Below are positions 57,694 to 64,000 of a DNA stretch of 64,000 bases, in pieces. Numbering within the stretch: the stretch's first letter is position 1; every line of letters begins with the position of its first letter. Location of the stretch: the NCBI GenBank assembly GCA_038236775.1, contig JBBRZK010000013.1:148-64147 (forward strand), in the 5' to 3' direction. The notes under the pieces are model-generated. The model had not been told where the DNA came from. It saw only the letters and a program-made list of their open reading frames with translations, and made no database searches. This stretch comes from Gemmatimonadales bacterium. Its GTDB lineage: Bacteria; Gemmatimonadota; Gemmatimonadetes; Gemmatimonadales; Gemmatimonadaceae. Made by a program: the position numbers and the translations under genes.

Positions 57694-58578
57694 TCACTCT
57701 GGCGATGAACGGTGAGTCCCTGCCGCACTTATCCCACCAGCTGCCGCGAGGTTCTTGGCGGAGCCAGCGGCCGTGGCCGGCGCGTCGCCAGCCGATGCAG
57801 GCAGCGCGTCGATCCAGTCGAGAATCACGGCAGCCTGCTGTTCCCATCCCGGCTCGGAGAGGAGGAAGTGCCCATGCCCGAATGCGACATGCAGACGCGC
57901 GCCGTACTTCGCGGCGACGCGTCGCGACGTGTCCATCGGAATGAAGCGGTCGTGCTCGGACGCCACGACGAGCATGGGCACCTGGATCGACTCCGCGGGC
58001 ACGTCGACGCCGAGCGCGACCTGCCGCGCCGCGCGACCGCTGTCGGGCACGAATCGCGCGCGGATCGCCGCACGCAATTCGACGGGCACTCGGTTCAGGA
58101 CGAGCGCATCGAGATGCGCGTCGCTCGGGAGGAACGGTCGCGAGAACAGCAGTGCCGGCAGGTAGGCCGCCATTCGGGCAAGGATCGGCGGGCTGAGCAC
58201 GTTGATCCCGCGCGGCGGCGCCGGCGAGAGCAGGATGACGGCGCTCACCGCATCGGCCTGGGCGAGCAGCAACGCGAGCAATCCGCCCAGCGAATGCCCG
58301 ATCACGATCGGGCGGCCGAGGGTGCGCGCGGCATCGCTGGCATCCTGCGCGAAGTCCGCGACGGACTGCCGGCCGATATCCGGCATCTCCGCGAGCGGCG
58401 GATGTCCGCGACACGAAAATGCCGACGCCTGGTGCCCGCGCACCGCGAGGAGCGGCAGCAGGCGCTCGAACACCCAGCCCCCGGCGAACAGGCCGGGAAG
58501 GCACAGCACCGGCGCGCGGGTCTGCGTTACGGGCGCGACGGTCTCGAGGTGATAGGTGCGCTGCAGGGGCGTCGGCAT
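57694..58578 (-). CDS. alpha/beta hydrolase
   Basis: Lies within ORF 57694..58710, starting at Met 58578. Nucleophile elbow GHSLGG. C-terminal HGHF region. Stop lies 3 nt before the rhodanese start. Confidence 0.8.
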   Translation of the reverse strand: MPTPLQRTYHLETVAPVTQTRAPVLCLPGLFAGGWVFERLLPLLAVRGHQASAFSCRGHPPLAEMPDIGRQSVADFAQDASDAARTLGRPIVIGHSLGGLLALLLAQADAVSAVILLSPAPPRGINVLSPPILARMAAYLPALLFSRPFLPSDAHLDALVLNRVPVELRAAIRARFVPDSGRAARQVALGVDVPAESIQVPMLVVASEHDRFIPMDTSRRVAAKYGARLHVAFGHGHFLLSEPGWEQQAAVILDWIDALPASAGDAPATAAGSAKNLAAAGGISAAGTHRSSPE

Positions 58579-58697
58579 GGATGTCGAACTATCGACAGAT
58601 CGTCGCGGGGCGGCAATGCCTCTCGCGCATCCGTCTCCGACGCCGAGTAGACTATGGCGATCCGTCTCGTCACAGCTTCGCCTCACGCCCGCCCGCG

Positions 58698-59027
58698 ATG
58701 CCCGCTCCACTCATGGACCCCTACGCCCGGCATGTGCTGGTGTGCGTGGGCAGCTTCTGCTCGCCGAGTCGCGAGGGGCGACGCCTCTACGCGGAGCTGG
58801 CGCGGCTGCTCCAGCGCGAGAACCTGCTCTTCGGCCCGCAACGGGTGAAGCGAGGCGAGACGCCGTGCCTCGGCGTCTGCGCCGGCGGACCGATCGTGGT
58901 GGTGTATCCCGAGGGCGTCTGGTATGCCGGCGTGACGCCGGAACTGCTCGAGCGCATCGTCGTGGAGCACCTGCGCGACGGCCACGTGGTGGAAGAGGCG
59001 GTCTTCCATCGCCTGACGCATCGGTAG
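58698..59027 (+). CDS. thioredoxin-like [2Fe-2S] ferredoxin domain protein
   Basis: In frame with ORF 58419..59027, starting at ATG 58698. Motifs: HVLVCVGSFCSP ... CLGVCAGGPIVVVYPEGVWY. Confidence 0.7.
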   Translation: MPAPLMDPYARHVLVCVGSFCSPSREGRRLYAELARLLQRENLLFGPQRVKRGETPCLGVCAGGPIVVVYPEGVWYAGVTPELLERIVVEHLRDGHVVEEAVFHRLTHR

Positions 59028-59074
59028 CGGGCGCCGGCCTTGCCGGATACGCTCCGGTGGCGCAGAATCGTCCC

Positions 59075-59347
59075 GTGCCAGACGACTCGATACTCTATAC
59101 CCGCCGGTTGCCGCACGGCCCGGCCGTGCGCGTGCGCCGCACGAGCGAAAAGGGCACGCAGCCGGTGATCGCCGTGCTCGAGGTGGATCGTCGCGCCGGA
59201 ACCCCGCGCGAGTTCGACGGCGGTTTTCCGCCGCCCTTGATGATCGTCGAGGGCGCGTCGGAAACCGACGTGCTCGCGGCGCTGGGTCCGTCGGCAGGCG
59301 ACGACAGGATGGTTGCCGGTCTCATGCGAGAGAAGGGGCTTCGCTAG
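59075..59347 (+). CDS. small hypothetical protein
   Basis: The last 90 codons of ORF 58556..59347, from GTG 59075. GC3 is high. No family recognised. Confidence 0.35.
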   Translation: MPDDSILYTRRLPHGPAVRVRRTSEKGTQPVIAVLEVDRRAGTPREFDGGFPPPLMIVEGASETDVLAALGPSAGDDRMVAGLMREKGLR

Positions 59348-59667
59348 CGGTCGCGCGCCGGCGCGCGCTGATCGGCGCGGGCGAGCTCGTCCTCCACGCT
59401 GCGGAGGATGCGTGGCCAGACGTGTGGCGCGGCGAGCGCGAAGAAGTGGTGACGCGCCACCTGGTCTGCGTGCAGGAACTCCGAGAGGCGCAGGGCGCCC
59501 TTGCGAGCGTTGCACCCTCCACACGCCGTCACTAAGTTGCCCCCGGAGTGGTCACCGCCGCGCATGCGCGGCTGCACGTGGTCGACGGTGAGCGCCTCCG
59601 GCTCGAATCGCTCGCCGCAGTACACGCACTGGTAGCCGTCGCGCGCGAAGACCTGCTCACGTCTCAA
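59344..59667 (-). CDS. small stand-alone HNH endonuclease
   Basis: Lies within ORF 59344..59763. Motif: [10 protein letters not shown]...[31 protein letters not shown]. Start is uncertain (TTG 59667 or GTG 59688). Confidence 0.7.
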   Translation of the reverse strand: MRREQVFARDGYQCVYCGERFEPEALTVDHVQPRMRGGDHSGGNLVTACGGCNARKGALRLSEFLHADQVARHHFFALAAPHVWPRILRSVEDELARADQRAPARDR

Positions 59668-59981
59668 TGAAGAATCTCCCGTCCCGACGCAATCTCTTCG
59701 AGGCCGCGCAGAAATACCTGCTCGATCCCACCGAGGAGCAGCTCGAGAATGCCGCCGGCGCACCCCCGCGCCTCACTTCACAAGTTCTCCAACAGGCCCG
59801 CATGTCCCGCTCTCGCGATCGCATCCTCGCCAACCTCGACGACATGTATCGCGAAGCGTTCGAGCGCGCGAAGACCACTGGCGACGATTCCCAGATGGCA
59901 TCGCTCGACTTCGCCTATCGCCGCGAGCAGCTGTACTTCGAGATCCTGCTCGACGTGCGCGACGCCATCGAGCGCCGCTAG
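59667..59981 (+). CDS. small helical hypothetical protein
   Basis: 104 aa with high GC3. Divergent from the HNH gene and abutting it. Confidence 0.5.
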   Translation: MKNLPSRRNLFEAAQKYLLDPTEEQLENAAGAPPRLTSQVLQQARMSRSRDRILANLDDMYREAFERAKTTGDDSQMASLDFAYRREQLYFEILLDVRDAIERR

Positions 59982-59989
59982 ACGCGCGC

Positions 59990-60943
59990 TCAGCGCCCGA
60001 ACATCGAGCCGGTCGTGCCTTCGGACGCGACTGGCTTCGGCCACGCCAGTGACGCCGCGATCGACGCGGCGAGCACGCCCACAACGATGCCCAGCGACAC
60101 CAGCGTCGGAATGTGGATCCAGTGCTCGGCGAGCATCTTCGCGCCCACGAAGGTGAGGATGACCGCGAGGCCGTACTTGAGCAGGTGGAACTTCGTCACC
60201 ACGCTGGCGAGCAGGAAGAACAGCGACCGCAGGCCGAGCACGGCGAAGATGTTCGACGTGAAGACGAGGAAGGGGTCGCGCGTGATGCCGAAGATCGCGG
60301 GAATCGAGTCGATGGCGAAGATGAGGTCCGTGGCTTCGACGAGGACGAGCACGAGCAGCAGCGGGGTGGCGTAGCGCCGGCCGTTCTCGATGGCGAAGAA
60401 GTGCTTGCCGCGGTAGTCCGCCGTGATCGGCAGGAAGCGCCGCACGACCTTCACGAACGGGTTCTGCTCGCCGTCGAACTCCTCGTCCTGCTTCACCGCC
60501 ATGCGGATGCCGGTGACGACGAGCAGGGCGCCGAACAGGTAGATGATCCACTCGAAGCGGGCGAGCAGCGCCGCCCCGACGCCGATGAACAGGCCGCGCA
60601 TCACCAGTGCGCCGAGGATGCCCCAGAACAGCACGCGATGCTGGTACTGCGCCGGCACGGCGAAGTACTGGAAGATCAGCACGATCACGAAGATGTTGTC
60701 GACGCTGAGCGATTCCTCGATCACGTAGCCCGTGAGGAAGGTCAGCGCCGCCTGGTGGTCCGCGAAGACCGCGAGGCCGCCCGCGAACACGAGTGCCAGC
60801 GCGAACCAGACGGACGTCCACGTGAGCGCTTCCTTCGCCCGCACCACGTGCGGCGTGCGGTTGAACACGCCGAGGTCGAGTGACAGCATCGCGAGGACGA
60901 AGGCGATGAACCCGACCCAGAACCAGATGTTGGTGGCGATCAT
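59990..60943 (-). CDS. TerC-family integral membrane protein (Alx/putative Mn2+ efflux type)
   Basis: 317 aa and polytopic. Motifs: ESLSVDNIFV and AIDSIPA, typical of TerC. Preceded by a yybP-ykoY riboswitch. Confidence 0.9.
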   Translation of the reverse strand: MIATNIWFWVGFIAFVLAMLSLDLGVFNRTPHVVRAKEALTWTSVWFALALVFAGGLAVFADHQAALTFLTGYVIEESLSVDNIFVIVLIFQYFAVPAQYQHRVLFWGILGALVMRGLFIGVGAALLARFEWIIYLFGALLVVTGIRMAVKQDEEFDGEQNPFVKVVRRFLPITADYRGKHFFAIENGRRYATPLLLVLVLVEATDLIFAIDSIPAIFGITRDPFLVFTSNIFAVLGLRSLFFLLASVVTKFHLLKYGLAVILTFVGAKMLAEHWIHIPTLVSLGIVVGVLAASIAASLAWPKPVASEGTTGSMFGR

Positions 60944-60965
60944 CTCGTCTCGTGCGCAGGCCTGG

Positions 60966-61125
60966 AAAAACGACAGGGCGAGCCACTACGGCACACGCGG
61001 TGTCGTAGTGGTCTCGCCCAGGACGGTGCCGCCTGTCCTTCAGCCGACCGGAAGCGCGCGGGCGCTCCGTCCTGACGATCGGCTGTTCCAGCACGCTCGT
61101 GCTGGCCGGCTACTCCCCACTGCAT
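60966..61125 (-). promoter_or_regulatory. yybP-ykoY (Mn2+-sensing) riboswitch with a terminator expression platform
   Basis: The minus-strand RNA contains GUGGGGAGUAGCC (61108-61120) and the 3' conserved GAGACC (61010-61015). GGGCGAGACCACUACG (61019-61004) pairs with CGUAGUGGCUCGCCC (60990-60976), followed by UGUCGUUUUU (U5 at 60970-60966). It ends 23 nt upstream of the TerC ATG. Confidence 0.8.
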
Positions 61126-61206
61126 GAACGGTGACGCGCGCGGCCGCATTCGTCAAGCCGACGCGGCGGCCCTTTCGCCTGTCGGTGTTTCGTCGCACTC
61201 TGGAGG

Positions 61207-62925
61207 ATGATCTCTCCGTTACTGCGCGCCGGCCGCGCGCGCGTCCTCGCGTTCCTCGCCCTCGCGGCGCAGCCCCTGATGGCACTTCCAGCCATGACGC
61301 AGTCCCTCGCACCGGCGCCCGCTGCGCTTCCCGCGCTCGCCATCGTGAATGCCCGCGCCTGGACCGGCGATCCCCGTCGTCCCTGGGCCGACGCCATCCT
61401 CCTGCGCGGCGAACGCATCGAGCTCGTCGGGTCGAGTGCGGAAGTGCGCAAGCGCGCCGGCGCATCCGTCCGCACGATCGACGCGAAGGGCATGATGCTC
61501 ACCCCGGGCTTCATCGATGCACACGTGCACTTCATCGATGGCGGCTTCGCGCTGGCCTCGGTGCAGTTGCGCGACGCGCGGACGAAGGAGGAGTTCGTGA
61601 GCCGCATCAAGGCCTTCGCCGCGACCGTGCCTCCCGGCACGTGGATCCTCAATGGCGACTGGGACCACACGAACTGGGGCGGCGCACTCCCCGAGCGCAG
61701 CTGGATCGACTCGGTCACGCCGCACAACCCGGTGTGGATCAACCGGCTGGATGGGCACATGAACCTCGCGAACTCCCTCGCGCTCGCCGCCGCGAAGATC
61801 ACGCGCTCGACTGCCGACGTCGCAGGCGGCACCATCGTGCGCGATGATACCGGCGAGCCGACGGGCATCCTCAAGGACAACGCGCAGGACCTGATGGCGG
61901 GAGCGATTCCCGACCCGACGATGGCGATGCGCCTCCGCGCGCTGGACGCCGCAATGCGCTACGTGGCAGAGCGCGGCGTGACGAGCGTACATCACATGGG
62001 AACGTGGGCAGATCTGGAGACATTCCGCCAGGCGCAGAGAGAGCACGCGCTCCGCACCCGGATCGTGGCGGCGGTGCCGTTGTCCACCTGGGCCCGCCTG
62101 CGCGACGAGGTGCAGGCGCACGGCCGCGGCGACGACTGGCTGCGGATCGGGGGACTCAAGGGTTTCGTCGACGGCTCCCTCGGTTCCCACACGGCGGCGA
62201 TGCTCGCGCCATTCACCGACGCGCCGCAGGACCGCGGCCTGTTCGTCAACACCGAGCAGGACCTCCATGCATGGACCCGCAGCGCCGACGCGGCGGGACT
62301 CCAGGTGATCGTGCATGCCATCGGCGATCGGGCCATCAGGACGCAGCTCGGCATCTTCGAGCAGGTCGAGCGCGAGAACGGTGCGCGCGATCGCCGGTTC
62401 CGCATCGAGCATGCGCAGCACATCGCGCCCGAGGACATCCCGCGGTTCGCGGCGCTGGGCGTCATCGCCAGCATGCAGCCCTACCACGCCATCGACGATG
62501 GCCGCTGGGCCGAGCGCGTGATCGGCACCGAGCGCGCGAAGTTCGCCTATGCGTTCAAGTCACTGCTCGACGCGGGGACCACGCTCGCGTTCGGCAGCGA
62601 CTGGTTCGTCGCGCCCCCGACGCCGCTGCTTGGCATCTATGCGGCCGTCACGCGCCGCACGCTCGATGGTGCGCACCCCGACGGCTGGATTCCGGAACAG
62701 CGAATTTCTGTGGAGCAGGCGTTGCGCGCGTACACGACCGGCAGCGCACGCGCGGGCTTCCAGGAGCACGAGGTGGGCATGCTGCGGGCCGGCATGCTCG
62801 CGGACATCGTCATGATCGATCGCGACCTCACCCGCGTGCCGCCGCCGTCCATTCCCGACGCGCGCATCATGCTCACGATGGTGGGCGGCCGCGTCGTGTA
62901 CGATCGCGACGGGATAATCCGCTGA
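61207..62925 (+). CDS. amidohydrolase-3 family (YtcJ-like) metal-dependent hydrolase, secreted
   Basis: 572 aa with a signal-like N-terminus. Motifs: PGFIDAHVHF, VHAIGDRA, FRIEHAQH, FGSDW. Confidence 0.85.
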   Translation: MISPLLRAGRARVLAFLALAAQPLMALPAMTQSLAPAPAALPALAIVNARAWTGDPRRPWADAILLRGERIELVGSSAEVRKRAGASVRTIDAKGMMLTPGFIDAHVHFIDGGFALASVQLRDARTKEEFVSRIKAFAATVPPGTWILNGDWDHTNWGGALPERSWIDSVTPHNPVWINRLDGHMNLANSLALAAAKITRSTADVAGGTIVRDDTGEPTGILKDNAQDLMAGAIPDPTMAMRLRALDAAMRYVAERGVTSVHHMGTWADLETFRQAQREHALRTRIVAAVPLSTWARLRDEVQAHGRGDDWLRIGGLKGFVDGSLGSHTAAMLAPFTDAPQDRGLFVNTEQDLHAWTRSADAAGLQVIVHAIGDRAIRTQLGIFEQVERENGARDRRFRIEHAQHIAPEDIPRFAALGVIASMQPYHAIDDGRWAERVIGTERAKFAYAFKSLLDAGTTLAFGSDWFVAPPTPLLGIYAAVTRRTLDGAHPDGWIPEQRISVEQALRAYTTGSARAGFQEHEVGMLRAGMLADIVMIDRDLTRVPPPSIPDARIMLTMVGGRVVYDRDGIIR

Positions 62926-62950
62926 ACATGGGCTGGCCACAAACGTAAAC

Positions 62951-62976
62951 GGGCCGGATCAGCAATGATCCGGCCC
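62951..62976. terminator. 11-bp perfect hairpin with a GCAA tetraloop between convergent genes
   Basis: GGGCCGGATCA-gcaa-TGATCCGGCCC. On the minus strand it is followed by GUUUACGUUUGU. It has no clean U-tract on the plus strand. Confidence 0.5.
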
Positions 62977-62999
62977 GCAATACGGTGATGCGTGGGCGC

Positions 63000-64000
63000 T
63001 CAGGGACAGGCGACCGTCATGGCCACTCCGTTCACGCTTCCCGCGCCGGTGACCGTCGCGCCATTCGCCCGCCCGCTGCATGCGCCGCCGGTGATGAGCA
63101 TCTGGCCATCCACGTTCAGCGTCGTGCCACTGCCGAGCGACACGTTGCCGCCCACGTTCATGATGCTGCCAGGCGGAATGTACAACTGGCCCAACGTCAG
63201 GATGACCCTGGGCTGCGTGGTGCCGTTGATCACGGAGACGCTCGAAAGGAGCTGCACTCCCGCGGCATTCTGCAGCTGCAGTCCGGAGAAGTGATTGTTG
63301 AGCGTATCGCTCATCGAGATGGTCTGCGGCGTCGTGCCCGCGAACAGCGTGAGGTGATCGCTCCCGGTGCTGAACGTGCCGGGCACGATGCCGGGAAGCT
63401 CCGTGAAGGACCCGACCACCGTGAGTTGTCCGCCGAAGAACTGTTGCACTCCGGCGCTACCACCACCCACTGCGACCGCCCCGCCCACGTACACGCTGGC
63501 ATTGCCATAGGTGGCGGCGTCGGCGTTGAAGGTCGTGTTCCCCTGCACCTGCACGGTGCCCGTGACGTTGATGCCCTTGCCGCTGAGGGTGGCTGAACCG
63601 CCCACATACATGATGCCGGACACATAGAGCGAATCGCCGGCGATGGCGGCGTTGCCCCGGACCTGCAGGAGCGCATTCGGGCCCACGATGGAGAGGCGGC
63701 CCTCGCCGCCGTTCTGTATCGTGTTCAGGGTGGTGACCGCCGCGGCCGTCGAATCGATGCGCGTCCGGCAGTACACGTTCATCACGTTCGCACTGATGGT
63801 GCGGATCGATCCCGTCATCGGCGCAGCGGCGCCACACGACCCGCTTTGCCCGATGTCGAGCTGGTCGAAGATGCCGTTCAGGTAGCCGGTCGCGGCCAGG
63901 TGCACCGTGCCGTTCACGAAGATGCCGAAGCCGTTCACGCCGCCCGAGCCCACATCCAGGCCCAGGCCGCTCAGGTTGACGACCGCGGACGTATCGAGGA
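63000..64000 (-). CDS. Gly/Thr/Val-rich beta-helix-like repeat protein, 5'-truncated by the window edge
   Basis: The frame stays open to position 64000. Irregular repeats of the type G.(V/I).V.G....(V/L).G; ends ...GVAMTVACP*. No catalytic motif recognised. Confidence 0.55.
   Translation of the reverse strand, partial: LDTSAVVNLSGLGLDVGSGGVNGFGIFVNGTVHLAATGYLNGIFDQLDIGQSGSCGAAAPMTGSIRTISANVMNVYCRTRIDSTAAAVTTLNTIQNGGEGRLSIVGPNALLQVRGNAAIAGDSLYVSGIMYVGGSATLSGKGINVTGTVQVQGNTTFNADAATYGNASVYVGGAVAVGGGSAGVQQFFGGQLTVVGSFTELPGIVPGTFSTGSDHLTLFAGTTPQTISMSDTLNNHFSGLQLQNAAGVQLLSSVSVINGTTQPRVILTLGQLYIPPGSIMNVGGNVSLGSGTTLNVDGQMLITGGACSGRANGATVTGAGSVNGVAMTVACP

Overview
High-GC bacterial chromosomal segment (by eye well over 60% G+C, with strong third-codon-position GC in the real frames). 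I call about 60 protein-coding genes or gene relics. The content is housekeeping and metabolic. Gene content and a dispersed repeat that translates as VILSAAKDL suggest a Gemmatimonadota-like soil bacterium, but that cannot be proven from this window. I found no rRNA, tRNA, CRISPR array, transposase, integrase or phage genes. Recognisable genes include rsmD, queG, greA, glpD, fadI-fadJ, rsgA, a TerC-family gene behind a yybP-ykoY (Mn2+) riboswitch, two ECF-type sigma/anti-sigma pairs, a MarR, a GntR, an orphan sensor kinase, several secreted peptidases and amidohydrolases, and a large BNR/sortilin-like protein. Eight things look most worth a second look. (1) A roughly 30-bp dispersed repeat family is locally amplified into two minisatellite arrays that bracket rsmD in inverted orientation. 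(2) Two relics of one DUF5916/CBM9-type gene lie on opposite strands about 10.6 kb apart, one of them abutting a repeat array, which may mark an old inversion. (3) A truncated ArsD domain is fused in frame to a complete ArsA with all metalloid-binding cysteines. It is translationally coupled to osmC, and no arsR, arsB/acr3 or arsC is present. Its neighbours are a secreted DsrE-like protein, a four-module Met-rich periplasmic protein and a Crp/Fnr regulator that lacks its beta-barrel. (4) An Xre/DUF2384 antitoxin-type domain is fused to two PAS domains, with no toxin gene and no output domain. (5) A DAO-type FAD oxidoreductase is fused to a cyclic-nucleotide-binding domain. (6) A promoter plus intrinsic terminator sits in the greA leader, resembling E. 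coli GraL. (7) A LOG-family gene and a deoxyhypusine-synthase-like gene are adjacent, and both carry Lys/Ala-rich N-terminal tails. (8) Two PP2C phosphatase paralogs bracket a stand-alone Sfp-type PPTase and an M1 peptidase. I cannot point to a single clear-cut novel multi-gene system. All functional calls come from motif recognition by eye and need HMM or BLAST confirmation.
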